Shown: positions 9,985 to 22,098, counted from the stretch's first letter. The stretch: 64,000 nt of DNA from an uncultured Actinomycetes bacterium (GCA_963784835.1 CAWASM010000001.1:392926-456925), one strand, 5' to 3'. Notes: generated from the sequence alone by a model not told the origin. A program made the numbers and translations.

Positions 9985-10792
9985 CCCGTGGTGGAGAGCG
10001 ATGATCCCCCCGGCCAGTATCTCGTAGCGCACGTTCCGCAGCCCGGCAGCTTCCATGAGGCCTTCAGAGTCGTCGGGGGCGGGGAAGCGCTTGCACCGAC
10101 GCTGGCAGGTAGCTGTAGGCGGACTCGTCTCTGGCGGCGAGCTTGCCCAGCCGGGCACGGCATGGTTGAACCACAGCGCGTAGAACTGCTTGAACACGGG
10201 GATCGGGGCTGGGTGATCTCCAGGCAGACTACCTTGCCTCCAGGCCGGCAGACCCGCCGCATCTCGCTGAAGGCCCGCGTGATGTCGGGCACGTTGCGGA
10301 TGCCAAAGCCCACGGTGCAGGCGTCGAAGCCGGCGCTCATCGCGCCCTCCGCGGCTCCGGCCGCCCGGTGGGTCCGGCGACGCCCGCGACCACGTGCCCC
10401 GTCGGGAAAGGGCAGGTCGAGCACGTCGCCGGTGCGGAACTCCACGTAGAACTGGTTGCGGCCGGACTTCTCGCGGGCGACTTCGAGCATCTCTTCGGAG
10501 ACATCCACCCCCACCACCCGGCCCTCTGGTCCGACGGCCCTGCGCAAAGCGAAGGCGAAATCGCCGGTGCCACAGCAGACATCCAGCGCGGACTGGACCC
10601 CGGGTGCCCACTCCGGCCAGCATGACCCCCATGTCCCGCCAGCGATGGTGAAGACCGGCGGTCATGAGATCGTTCAGACGGTCGTAGGAGTCCGGCGATG
10701 CCGTCGAACATCTGCGGATCCTTGCTCGGCTCGGGGTCGACGCGTCGAGTCCGCCGCCGTCGGCTGCGGACGCGTTTGGCGCGACCGCTCAC
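9976..10792 (-). CDS. ubiE: Demethylmenaquinone methyltransferase (UbiE/MenG); frame breaks and an internal insertion
   Basis: MFDGIA, LHHRWRDMGV, VGVDVSEEMLEVAR, FDACTVGFGIRNVPD, RVCRPGGKVVCLEITQP and ILAGGIIALHHGLA, across ORFs 10337..10792, 9976..10665 and 9900..10547. Confidence 0.85.
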
Positions 10793-10805
10793 GGCACGAA
10801 CAGAG

Positions 10806-11652
10806 CTAGAGAGTCGTGAAGAAGAGAAAGACCACGCTGATGATCCCGTTCATAGTCATGAAAGCCACGCCCACCTTCTCCAGGTCGGCCTTGCGCATGA
10901 GCCAGTTCTCGTAGAAGAGCAGGAGCGCGCATATAGCCACCCCCAGATAGTAGACGAAGTTCGCTCCCTGCGCCCAGCCCGGTGACCGCCAACAGCGCGA
11001 CCGCGAGGAGATGGAACACCCTGGTGCTCCACAGTCCCGCGCGCCTCGCCGAGGTCGGCGGGATGGAGTGCAGGCCCTGCGCCCGGTCAACTGTGACATC
11101 CATGAAGGCGTAGATCACGTCGAATCCGGCGATCCATAGGGCCACCCCGCCACCCAGCAGGAAGGGCTCCCAGGTGACCTTGCCGGTGACGGCGACCCAG
11201 GCGCCGACCGGCCCCAAGCCGTCGGCGACACCCAAGCACCAGGTGGCAGAGCCAGGTCCAGCGCTTGGTGTACGGGTAGATGACCATCGGGATGACCACT
11301 ACCGGCCATAGGTAGCGGGTGATGACCGGCAGATTGAACGTAGCCCACGATCAGCACGGCCAGCGACGACCAGGGCGAACATCCACACCTGCCACCGCTT
11401 CAGCAGCCCCGCGGGGATCTCCCGTCCGGCCGTGCGCGGGTTACGCGCGTCGATGCCGGCATCGATCAGGCGGTTCAGGGCCATGCCGAAGCTCCGCGCG
11501 GCCACCATGGCCACGGTGATCCAGAACATGCGCCAGAATCCGGGGACCGCCATCTCGGCCAGGAAGGCGGCCGCGTAGGCGAACGGAAGGGCGAAGATGG
11601 AATGCTCGAACTTCACCAGGCTGGCGAAGCGGCGAGCGTAGGAGACCAGCAC
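10806..11652 (-). CDS. UbiA-family polyprenyltransferase (futalosine late step, MqnP-like); frame breaks
   Basis: GTG at 11652 behind [83 protein letters not shown]. The end ...MTMNGIISVVFLFFTTL is in ORF 10806..11099. Confidence 0.8.
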
Positions 11653-13140
11653 GGCGGCTTCCCTAGCTGCCCGAGGCCGCCGCTCCTGGCGATCGGCCCA
11701 CCCAGTCCCAGGCTGGGCCACAACTCGTCCATGCGGGCCTTGACTCCGGCCGACATCTCCACATCGGGCGGCCACTCCCGGGGGTGCCCTTCGTCGCGGC
11801 CCTTCTTGGTGGCGTCGATACCGATCTTGGCCCCCCAAAGCGGCTGCGGCGCAGAGTGGTCGAGCACGTCGAGAGGACCCTCGGTCACCACCACGTCGCG
11901 CCTCCAGTCGACGTTGTTGAACACGCGCCAGGCCACCTGAGCGTAGTCGTGCACGTCGACGTCTGCATCGACCACCACGATGCACTTGCAGAACTGCATC
12001 TGCCCCGCCCCCCACAAGCGCATGCATGACCTTGCGCGCGTGCAAGCGGGTAGCGCTTGTCCACCGACACCAGGGCGCAGTTGTGGAACCCCCCCTCTTT
12101 GGGCAGGTCCAAGTCAACCAGCTCCGGCAGGGTCAGCCGCAGGAGAGGCAGGAAGATCCGCTCGGTGGCCTTGCCCAGATAGGTGTCTTCCATCGGGCGC
12201 CTGGCCCACGATAGTGGTGGAGTACATAGGATCGCGCCGGTGGGTGAGCGCGGTGAGATGAAGCACCGGGTACCTGATCGGCCAGCGAGTAGTAGCCGGT
12301 GTGGTCGCCGAACGGTCCCTCGATGCGGGTCTCGCCAAGATCCACGTAGCCCTCGAGCACGAACTCCGCGTGCGCCGGCACCTGCAGATCCACCGTGCGG
12401 CACTGCACCATCTCCACCGCCTTCGCCCCGCAGGAAGCCGGCGAAGAGCATCTCGTCCACCATCCCGGGCAGCGGCGCCGTGGCGGCGTAGGTCAGGGCC
12501 GGGTCGGTACCGATGGCGACGGCGACCTCCATGCGCCCCGTCCGCCGGCCGGTAGTGCTCGGCCGCGTCCTTGTGGATGTGCCAATGCATGCCCGTGGTG
12601 CGTCTCGTCGAAGACCTGCAGCCGATACATGCCCACGTTGCGCGCGCCCGGTCTTGGGATGACGGGTGAACACCAGAGGCAGAGTGACGTAGCGGCCGCC
12701 GTCCAGGGGCCAGCACTGAAGGATCGGGAGCGCCTCCAGGTCGATCTGGTCGCCTGTGAGCACCACGCTCCTGGCAGGCTCCCCGCTTGACCGACCGCGG
12801 GCTGCAGCGCGGCCAGGTCCTTCAGCCGGGCGAGAGCTTTCAGCTTGTCCCAGGCGCTTCCGGGACCTCCAGCGCTGTCAGATCCTCCACCCGGCCGCCA
12901 GCTCGTCGTACGAAGCCGCCCGCAAGGCCAAGCACATGCGTTCGTGGCTGCCGAACTGGTTCATCAAGTACCGGGACCGTGTATGCCCTTGGGATGCGTG
13001 AAGAGGAGCGCCGGACCCCCGGCTTTGCCCACCCGATCGGCGATCTCGGTGATTTCCAGCACGGGGTCCACGGGGGTGTCGATAACCGCCAGCTGGCCCC
13101 TGTCTCGCAGCAGTCTGATGAAGTCGCGCAGGTCGTTCAT
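11613..13140 (-). CDS. UbiD-family decarboxylase (menaquinone biosynthesis decarboxylase, MqnL-like); frame breaks; 3' end uncertain
   Basis: [37 protein letters not shown] at 13140, [61 protein letters not shown]. Confidence 0.85.
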
Positions 13141-14285
13141 GGCGGCGAGCTGTTCATCCTGCGCCGAGGCCGGCGTCCCCGATTCCAGCACCTCGCGATA
13201 TACCGGATGGTCTCCTCAGCCGCTCTGCTCCAGGGGAAGCGCGCCGCTTGCCGCAGCCCGGCTTCACGTACAGGCTCGCGTACAGCTCGGGGTCGTGTGA
13301 GCACGCGCGCCACGCAGTCCTCAAAGCCGTCCAGCGAAGTGGGATTGAAGAGCAGCGCGGCCGAACCGGTGACCTCGGGAAGCGACGAAGAGTTCGACAC
13401 CACGCAGGGGTTCCGCAGGCCATGGCCTCCAGGGGCGGCAGACCGAAGCCCTCGGTCAGCGACGGGAACACGAAGATGGTCGCCGCCGAGTAGACCGCCG
13501 GCAGGTCCTCGTCGCGGATGAAGCCGGGGAACAGCACCTGCCCCTCCAGCCCCCGCTTCGCCACCTCTTTCCGCAGCTTGTGGTAGTCGGCAGCTTCTGT
13601 GCCCCAGCCAGCACCAGAGCGGGAGGATCCGCCAGACGTCTCCGCAGCCTGGCCCAAGCCTGGATCAGAAAGAGACGTTCTTCTCCGGCCGGAAATCGCC
13701 CGCCCAGAACGCGAAGCGCTCCGGCAGAGAGTAACGGTTGCGCGACGGCCAGAAGCACGTCTGCGTCGGTCTGCGGAGTGAACTGCTCGGAGACTCCGTT
13801 GTGGATGACCCTCACCTTGGCTGGATCGAGCTGCGCGTAGACCCTCAGTGCCGAATAGAGGATCTGCGACACGGTGATGACCCGGCGGGACTCTTCCACG
13901 CTGCGGTGCAACTGCCTTTGTAGCGCATGCGCAGGTAGCGGGGGGAGCGAGCGGGGGTAAAGGAAGGGGGTGACGTCATGCATGGTAGATACGAGAGGAA
14001 CGGTGAGCGGCGTCGCCGCCCAGAGGCTGGGCACGTGCAGGAGATCGACCTTCGCCGATTTGACCAGGGCACGAAAGGCCGGGCGGCTGCGAGACGCTTG
14101 GAGTCCATATTGGCCGACACGAGGGTGAAGGACTCGGCCTGAGGGACGCTAATCTTCGCCTCGGTCCTGGCAGAAGACCACGACCTCCATGCCGAAGTCC
14201 GCGAATTGCTCGAGCAGGTTACGGGTATATGTGCCGATGCCCTCGCAGAGCGACGGCTCTCGCGTCGAAGCCTATCCGCACGAAG
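13137..14285 (-). CDS. GT4-family glycosyltransferase; frame breaks
   Basis: [11 protein letters not shown]-terminus. [43 protein letters not shown] and [21 protein letters not shown]. Stop overlaps the UbiD start as ATGA. Confidence 0.75.
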
Positions 14286-14373
14286 CCTCCCCTGTCTGTT
14301 GCCCGCGATCTCTTGCGGAGGTCAAGTAATCTTCGCATATACCCGAAATACGTGTGTAGGACACGCATACTTC

Positions 14374-14402
14374 TTGCTCCAGACGGGAAGTGATTGTAGA
14401 AT
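14374..14402 (+). promoter_or_regulatory. Sigma-70-like promoter for the GGDEF gene
   Basis: TTGCTC (14374-14379), a 17-nt spacer, then TAGAAT (14397-14402), in a visibly lower-GC intergenic patch about 70 nt upstream of the ATG at 14475. Confidence 0.4.
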
Positions 14403-14474
14403 GAGTGCATTTTTCATCCTGAGCGAAGAGGCTGGCTGTGCTGAAAGGCGTCGATACGCGCGCATTCGACGAGG

Positions 14475-15459
14475 GTGGGGATGCGGGGTTCGATCCTGGC
14501 GAAGGCCAGGAAGATCCTTGAAGACCACAAACTCGACATCACGAAGGCATGGCTCGGCCGCCTCGTCGGGCAGCTCGACGACCTCGAGGCCCTTGAGCGG
14601 TTCCCCACGCAAGAGAGCATCCGCACCTCTTTGGAGCTCATCGAGGGGCTGACCACCTGCCTCTCCGACGAAGGGCCCTCGCGCAATTCGAAGAAGGCGG
14701 CCTCTACTACAAGCAGGCGGCGACTCTCGGCCTGTTGCAGCGGGACGGGGCGCAGCATCGCCACTCTTGCCGACAGCCTGTGCGCCCTGGAGGACGCTAT
14801 CTGGGACAGCCTGGCCGACGGCCTCCGCCATCAAGACCAAGACCTGCTCGAGCTGGTCAGGATCCTGCGCCTGGGCGTCCATCGCATCATGACCGCGGCC
14901 GCCGATGCCTATCACAAGCAGAGCAATGCAGAACTGGACCGGCTGGCCCATACCGACGCCCTTACCGCGCTTTACAACCGGCGCTACTGGGAGCCCGAAC
15001 TGGAGCGCTACACTGAACTCTACAAGCGGTACCGGCACCCCTTCGCGATCTTGATGCTCGACTTCGACAACCTGAAATGGGTCAACGATACCTTCGGGCA
15101 TGCGGCCGGCGACACGGCCCTCATCCATCTGGCCACCGTCATGCGCATGAACATCCGCGATGTGGATATCCCCTGCCGGTTTGGTGGCGACGAGTTCCTC
15201 ATCCTCATGCCGGAGGCCGACAAGAACGCCATCCAGATGGTCGGCCGGCGCATCGCCGAGTCGATCAACAAGACCCGCTTCAAGCTCGGGCGGTCTTTCG
15301 CCAGCCTTCAGGTGAGTTTTGGGGCGGCCGCGTGCCCTGAGGATGCGGATGGAAGCGGAGGCTCTGCTTCAGGAAGCCGACGCCAGCTTGTATCGCGCCA
15401 AGGAGAAAAAGGGCGAGCGGGGCGGTGAGGCTCAGTCCGTCGCTCCAACGGCCAACTAG
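14475..15459 (+). CDS. Diguanylate cyclase (GGDEF) with N-terminal helical sensor-like domain; frame break near 15340 and a compensated pair near 14672/14755
   Basis: [14 protein letters not shown]...[22 protein letters not shown]...[13 protein letters not shown]. The shifted tail reads [22 protein letters not shown] and ends in TAG at 15457-15459. Confidence 0.85.
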
Positions 15460-15981
15460 CTCTCCCGGCTCGGCTCCGCGCACTCGTAGGCTTCGCCCCT
15501 TAGCGTCTCCACGGCGTGGCCCAATGCCGGGGCGATCACCGCGAAATGCTCCCGACAGGCTTTGGGGCTACCGGGCATGTTGATGATCAGGGTCTTCCCC
15601 CGCACGGCCGCCACCGCCCGGCTGAGCATCGCGTGAGGCGTGACCTCCAGAGAGCGGGCGCGCATCGCCTCCACAAACCCGGGAGCTAGGCGATCGGCCA
15701 CCGCCCTGGTGGCCTCGGGAGTGAGGTCGCGAGGAGCAAGGCCGGTGCCCGCCGGTGGTCAAAATGAGGTCGGTCTCGCCGGAATCGGCAAGATCGCTCA
15801 AGACCTCCTCGATCCTGGCCTGGTCGTCTGGGATGACGACCGGATCGCCCACTTCGGCGCCTATCCCCCGCAGCAAGCCCTGCAGCTCGGGCCCCGACGC
15901 ATCCACGCGCTCGCCCGCGCTCGCCTTGTCGCTCAGAGTGACCACAGCACCCCTGATCGGGCGCGGCGTCAGCTGCGCCAC
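15456..15981 (-). CDS. mogA: Molybdopterin adenylyltransferase MogA/MoaB family; one frame break
   Basis: [22 protein letters not shown]...DLILTTGG (ORF 15568..15981), then ...[16 protein letters not shown] (ORF 15456..15701). Confidence 0.8.
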
Positions 15982-15984
15982 CTC

Positions 15985-16963
15985 TCATGCTCCAGTCCCC
16001 CAGGCCCGCACCCGTACGGAATCGCCTGGGGCGACCCGCCCACCGCGCAGTACCCGCACGAAGATGCCCTCGCGCGGCATGACGCAGTCGCCCGCCTGCT
16101 CGTAGATGGCACAGCGGGAGTGGCACTCCTTGCCGATCTGGGTGACCTCCACCAGTGCTTCTCCCATGTCCAGGACCGTATTGATGGGGAGTGCGGCCAC
16201 CTCGATCCCCAGTGTGGTGATGTTCTCAGCGAAATCGCCGGGGCCCACGTCCAGGCCCACGGCGGTCATCTTGTCGATGGACTCCTGGGCGAGCAGGCTC
16301 ACCTGCCGGTGCCAGGGGCCCGCATGAGCGTCATCCTCGATGCCATGCCCCACACGCAGGATGGCCTCAGGCACAGCCTTCTTCCGCTCGCCCTTGGCCG
16401 CGCTGGCGTTGACGGCCACCACGATCCCCGCCGGCGCCGCGGCCGGAGGCCCCGCGGCCGGTGCGGACTCCGGCGCCGTCTCGGCCGGGCGAAGGTAGTC
16501 CTCCTTGCCGCCCGTCTTCTCCAGCAGGCGGACATCGCCTATGACCATGCCCCTGTCGACGGCCTTGCACATGTCGTAGATGGTGACGGCCGCCATCGCC
16601 ACGCCGGTGAGGGCCTCCATCTCTACGCCGGTGCGGTCCTCGGTGCGGGTGACACACTCGATGTCGATGCGCGGCTCATCGGCCGCGACAGAGAAGGTGA
16701 GATCCACCTGGGTCAGCGATAGGGGGTGGCAGAGAGGGACGAGCTCGGCGGTCCGCTTCGCCGCCATGATGCCGGCCACTTTGGCCACGGCCAGAACGTC
16801 ACCTTTGGGGAGAGCCTGCTGCTGCAAGAGGTCCAGAGTAGCCGGGGCCATCCAGACGCGCGCGCCCGCCCGGGCCGCGCGCCGGGTGAGCCTCTTTGCC
16901 GCCCACATCCACCATGCGCGCGTTGCCCGTCGCATCCACGTGACTCAGAGACGATCGGTCCAC
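15985..16963 (-). CDS. moaC: Cyclic pyranopterin monophosphate synthase MoaC fused to a C-terminal MOSC domain; frame break near the 5' end
   Basis: GTG at 16963. [72 protein letters not shown]. An AP-rich linker follows, then a MOSC-like [20 protein letters not shown]...GDFAENITT...[13 protein letters not shown]. Confidence 0.85.
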
Positions 16964-16964
16964 C

Positions 16965-17970
16965 TCAGCCTCCCACCTGCGACATGCCCCGGGCGGTGCG
17001 ACCCGGAAGCACGTTCTTGTCGAACGTCTTGCCCTCCAACGAAGCCCGGATCACTCCGAGCACCCCCTCGAGATCACGAGCCTGCACCGCTGCCCTCGCG
17101 TCGACCTCGTCGCTCGAGAACAGACAATTCTTGAGACGACCGTCCGCCGTCAAGCCGTAGGCGGTTGCAGTCGCCACAGAAATGGTCGGACACGGAGCCG
17201 ATAAAGCCCAGCGTGCCCTGATGTCCGGCGAATCTGTAGTAGTGAGCGGGACCCCAGCCGCCAGGCGAAGCCACCGGAGCCAACTCACCCAGGCCCCGCG
17301 CCCCCAACTCGCGCAGAGCCGCCAGCACTTCCACCTTGGGCAGCGACTCTCCGGCCGAGCCCGGGCCACATCCGCCCACGGGCATCCACTCGATGAAGCG
17401 CACGTGCAAGAGCCGGTCGCGGGTCAGGTCCACAAAGGCGGGTAGTTCCGGAAGCAGGCCCCGCATCATCACCACGTTCAACTTCACCGGGCTGAGGTCA
17501 AGGCGGAGCGCCGCGTCCACGCCTTCAAGAGCCGCGTCCAACGACCCGCCCCTGGTCAGAAGCCGGTATCGCGCCGAGTCCAGCGAGTCCAGACTGATGT
17601 TCACCCGGTCCAAGCCCTGCGCCTTGAGTTCTCCGGCGAACCGGGGCAGAAGCGCCCCGTTGGTGGTGAGCGAGATGTCGCTGATCTCGGGCAGGGCCCG
17701 CAGCAGGCCCACTAGGTCGGGCACGCCTTTCCGCACCAAAGGCTCGCCCCCGGTGAGCCGCACCTTGGAGATGCCCAACTGCACAGCCGCGCTCACGAAG
17801 AAAGCCATGTCCTCGTAGGAGAGCATCTCCTCGTGCGGTCTGGGCGGCACCCCCTCGGGAGGCATGCAGTAGACGCAACGATAGTTGCACCTATCGGTGA
17901 CCGAGAGGCGGAGATAGTCGACTTTCTGTCCCGCAGGAGGGTTCACTCGCCCGCATCCTTTGCCCTGCAC
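16965..17970 (-). CDS. moaA: GTP 3',8-cyclase MoaA; one frame break near 17130
   Basis: VDYLRLSVTDRCNYRCVYCMP, VRLTGGEPLVR, SLTTNGALL, RVNISLDSLD, IEWMP. Tail CNRLRLTADGRLKNCLFS is split between ORFs 17074..17970 and 16965..17369. Confidence 0.9.
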
Positions 17971-17997
17971 CGGGCCGCGAGAGACCGGCCCCGGTCG

Positions 17998-18483
17998 TTA
18001 TACTTGTGCGAGTATACGCTGTTCGATGAGGTCAGCCAACCCACGGAAATCGTCCAGAGCCAACTGGGGGACGGGGTAGTCGGGGAACGACTGGTCGCTG
18101 GTGATGCCGATGAGCTCGTCAGGAGTGCTGACCAACTCGTTGCTCCTTGCCCGGCGCGACACTTCGATCTTAGGAGCGTCCTGCTTCTTGAACCCTTCGG
18201 TGATGACCAGGTCCACCGGTTCACCGATCTGCCCGACCAGTTCTTCCAGCGACGGTTCTTCGTCTACCGTGTTCAGCCACACGTACTTGTCGGGGGAAGA
18301 GATGCCCACCACGGCGGCCCCCACCTCGCGAAACCGGTAGGAGTCGGTGCCGGGCACGTCCACCTCGAACCCGTGGGTGTCGTGCTTGAGTGCGGCCACC
18401 CGGTAGCCGCGACTCTGCAGCTCCTTGATGACCCCTAGGACCACAGTGGTCTTGCCAGACTTCTTCTTGCCTATGAAGGACAC
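17998..18483 (-). CDS. mobB: Molybdopterin-guanine dinucleotide biosynthesis adapter MobB
   Basis: VSFIGKKKSGKTTVVLGVIKELQSRGYRVAALKHDTHGFEVDVPGTDSYR. GTG start overlaps the mobA stop (TAGTG). Confidence 0.85.
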   Translation of the reverse strand: MSFIGKKKSGKTTVVLGVIKELQSRGYRVAALKHDTHGFEVDVPGTDSYRFREVGAAVVGISSPDKYVWLNTVDEEPSLEELVGQIGEPVDLVITEGFKKQDAPKIEVSRRARSNELVSTPDELIGITSDQSFPDYPVPQLALDDFRGLADLIEQRILAQV

Positions 18484-19143
18484 TACCGGGAGCGAGGTCG
18501 CGGTCCATGAAGGCCTGGATGCTGGGGCCGGAGTGCCGCGCGCCGGCTCCCTTCCTCCTCTGCCAGCCGCTGCCGGGCCGCCTCCAACTCAGCAGGAGTG
18601 TTGACGTTGACGAACAACCTGTCGGGATCGCCGTACCTCCCGCCGTCCATGTCGAGGAAGCCGGTGTTGAGGTCGGGGTAGATGTCGAAGATGCGGCGCC
18701 CGCCGGAGCGGATGAAGTCCAGATAGGCCTCGAGCGTCCCCTTGCCGTAGACGGCGCAAAGAGGCTGTAGGTATTCGCCGTGACGGGGGACAAACACATC
18801 GAAGCCCGCGGACCGGTCGGCCAGGACCCGCAAGAGTCGGGGCGTGACGAAGGGCATGTCGCAGGCCACACACATCACCCGCTCGGTAGTGGAAGCAAGC
18901 ACAGCCGTGTAGACGCCCACCGCGGAGCCGCCCTCAGCCAAGGCGTCGTTGACCACCGGCAGACCCAGCGAGTGAAAGCGCGAAGGATCCTTGGCCACGA
19001 CGAACGTGTTCGCGAAGAGTGGGGCCAGGCGGTCCCGCATCCACTCGAGAAGGTCCCGCCCACGAACGAGGCGAAGGCCTTGTCCTCACCCATGCGACTG
19101 GACGCCCGCCGGCCAGAAGCGCCAGACTCACGTTGCCCCTCAT
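18483..19143 (-). CDS. mobA: Molybdenum cofactor guanylyltransferase MobA; frame breaks near the 5' end
   Basis: MRGNVSLALLAGG..SSRMGEDKAF (ORFs 18934..19143 and 18875..19150), then VMCVACDMPFVTPRLLRVL and LFVNVNTPAEL (ORF 18483..19040). Confidence 0.8.
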
Positions 19144-19146
19144 GCC

Positions 19147-20353
19147 TCACCCATTTTCTGTTCGCTCTTCGCCCGCAAGCACGTGTAGTGCCACGGCTTT
19201 GACGCTCGCGGCCACCCGTCGTCCCCGCACGATCCCTAACTCCTCCGCTGAAGCCCGAGTGACGTGAGAGATTACCTCACCTTCGCCGCCAAAGCAGGCC
19301 TCTACAGAAGAGTCGCAGTCAAGCTTGACTACCACCCGCACCAGCAGACCGGCGAGAGTGACACTGTCGACAACACCGCACCACCGGTTGCGCACGCTGG
19401 AAGTGGGCCTGCCGGCTGCGCCGCCGGCCTCATCCCCGCCCGTGTCGCAGGCAATACTCAGTGCAACATCCTCCGGCCGCATAGCCACCGCCGCCTCCGC
19501 CCCTAGCCCGAGTTCGGCCGCGGCCTGCACCTCGATGCCCGCCCGGGTGCGCACTGTGCACACTCCATCGCCGCAGCCGACAACAGTGCCGTGCCAGATG
19601 GTCTCGGCCCCGGTGAAGTCGGCAACAAACGCGTTCGTGGGATGAGTGAACACGTCCTCGGGCGTGCCGATCTGGACCACGCGCCCCTCCTGCAACACGG
19701 CGACCCGCTGAGCCAGCGCCAACGCCTCGTTGTGTTCGTGGGTGATGATGATCACCGTGGCCGCCAGGTTCTCCACAACGCGGCGCAGATCTTCCCTGAA
19801 CCTGCGCCGCACGTGCACGTCCAGATTGCTGGTGGGCTCATCCAGGAAGAAGATCTCCGGATCGAGCACCAAGGCGCGCGCCAAGGCCACCCGTTGCATC
19901 TCGCCCCCGGAGAGCGTGCGCATGTCGGCCTCCGCCAACCGGGACACCCCCATGAGATCCAGGGTGTGCGTGGACCTTGGCCTTGACCTCCCTACGAGAA
20001 AGCCTTCGGAAGCGCAGGCCAAAGCCAACGTTCTCCTCGACAGAGCCCTGGAAGAGCAGAGGCCGCTGAAAGACCGCCGCTGTGCGCCGTCGCGCGGCCA
20101 GATCGTGGATGTTCACCTCAGTGCCGAAGTACTTGATCCATCCGGCGTCCGGACGATCCAGCAGGGCCAGCAGTCGAAACAGCGTGGTCTTGCCAGCCCC
20201 GTTGGGCCCCAGGATGGCCAGCACCTCGCCCTCGATCACCCTCAGCGCTTCGACGGAGACGACCGTCCGGTCGCCGTACTTCTTGAGCAGACCGCCGGCC
20301 TCGATGGCGAACCGGCCCTCCCCGGGCGCTGGCGTCTCGAGGCCGGGCGTCAT
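19147..20353 (-). CDS. ABC transporter ATP-binding protein with C-terminal TOBE/Mop-like domain (tungstate/molybdate type); one frame break
   Basis: Walker [13 protein letters not shown], signature LSGGEMQRVALARAL, Walker B IFFLDEP. C-terminus reads VRNRWCGVVDSVTLAGLLVRVVVKLD. ATG at 20353 overlaps the permease stop (ATGA). Confidence 0.8.
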
Positions 20354-21074
20354 GACTGCAGCCACCGGCGGCGGATGCCCTGCTGAGTACGGGTGAGGAC
20401 GAAGGTGATCACGAAGAGCGAGCACGAGCAGGATGATAGCCGAAGGCCATGGCCGGGCGTAGTCACCCTGCCGGACGAACGCCATCGTCGCCGTGGTCAT
20501 GGTCCCGGTCATGTTGTGTCCGCCGGTTGAGAGGTTGCCCCCCACCATCATGACCGCTCCCACCTCACTGATGGCCGCTCCGAACCCCGCCACGATTGCG
20601 GAGAGAAGGGTGACCCTCGCCTCGCGGATGACCAGCCACGTGCTCTGCCACCGCGATGCCCCCAGCCCCAGAGCCTGAAGACGCACCTCCTTGGGCACCG
20701 AACCAACGCCACTCATGGTGATGGCCGCGATCACCGGCGCGGCGATGAAGAACTCCGCGATGACCATGGCCGTCGGCGAATAGAGCAGGCTGAGCGAACC
20801 AAGCGGCCCCTGCCGGGACAGGAACAGGAAGACGATCAGCCCGACGACCACCGGGGGTAGCATCAGTCCCACGTTCAGCACGCGTGGCCGCCGAAGCCCC
20901 ACCCCCTGAAACGCTTCAGCGCAAGCCAGGCGCCGAGGGGGATGCCCACGATCATGCCAAGGATGGTAGCGATGCCCGCCACTCTGAGCGACATCCACAT
21001 GACCTCGTAACATAGCTGTCACCGCGAAACAGCAAGCAAAGGGCTTCCTTGATGGCATCCCAGAAGACTCCCAC
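20350..21074 (-). CDS. ABC transporter permease (TupB/ModB-like); frame breaks
   Basis: GTG at 21074 behind GGGAGGG. LNVGLMLPPVVVGLIVFLFLSRQGPLG, EVRLQALGLGASRWQ, ISEVGAVMMVGGN. Confidence 0.75.
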
Positions 21075-21151
21075 TACCCGACCCTCCCTATGAAGAAACG
21101 GGGCGCCTCGCCCACCCGGCGAGGCGCCCCCATTGTACTGCCCCGGCCGGC

Positions 21152-22098
21152 CTACTCGACCAGACCGGCGTTGGGGACGAACAGCGGCTGGCCGAACTTC
21201 TCGAGGCCGAACGTGGCAATCAGGTCCTGCTGGACTGCGTCGGAGAGTGATCCAGTTAATAAAGTCGGTCGCGCCTTGAGCGTTCTTGGCCGTCTTTGAC
21301 GGTGATCACGTGATACTGATTGAAGAGGGCCTTGTCTCCCTCGACCAGGATCTCGAGCGCCAGGGAGCTCTTCTTCGACGAGATACGTCGCGCGGTCGGA
21401 AAGCGTGTAGCCGCCCTTCTGATCGGCGATGGTCAGGGTCTCGCCCATGCCCTGTCCGGTGGTCTGGTACCAGTCTCCCGCGGGGTCGATGCCGCGGCTT
21501 TCCAGATGGAGATCTCCTTGGCGTTGGTGCCCGAGTTGTCACCGCGGGTGAAGAACGCGGCTTTGGCCTCCGCGATCGCCTTGAAGGCGGCGGCGGCGGA
21601 GGTCATGCCCTTGATCTTCGCCGGATCGGCCGCCGGGCCCACGATGATGAAGTCGTTGTACATGACCGCCTTGCGCTCAATGCCGAAGCCGTCCTCCATG
21701 AAAGTCTTCTCGGCTGCCGGAGAGTGAACCAAGAGAACGTCGGCGTCGCCGCTCTTGCCCATGGTCAGGGCCTCGCCACTGCCTACGGCGACGACCTTCA
21801 CCTCGTACTGCGGGTATGCGGCCTTGAAGGCCGGGATCAGTGCGTCGAACAGGCCGGAGTCCTGGGTCGAGGTCGTCGAAGCCAGGATCAGTTCCGTGCG
21901 CTCGGCAACGGTGGTCGCGGGTCCCGCGGTGGTAGTAGGCTGGGCGACCGTCGTCGCCGGTTGGGCCGCCGCGGTGCTGGTGGTCTCGTCCCCGCCGCCA
22001 CATGCCACCAACACTCCCGCAGCCGCCAAAACGGCGAGCCCCAGCACCAGTAACACGGCCAAGGCGGCAAACGTCGCGCGCCTGTGATTCATTCTCAT
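21152..22098 (-). CDS. Tungstate/molybdate-type periplasmic substrate-binding lipoprotein (TupA-like); frame breaks
   Basis: MRMNHRRATFAALAVLLVLGLAVLAAAGVLVACGG lipobox, Thr-rich linker. LILASTTSTQDSGLFDALIPAF, VAVGSGEALTMGKSGDADVLLVHSP, FFTRGDNSGTN, QKGGYTLSDRATY. Confidence 0.75.
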
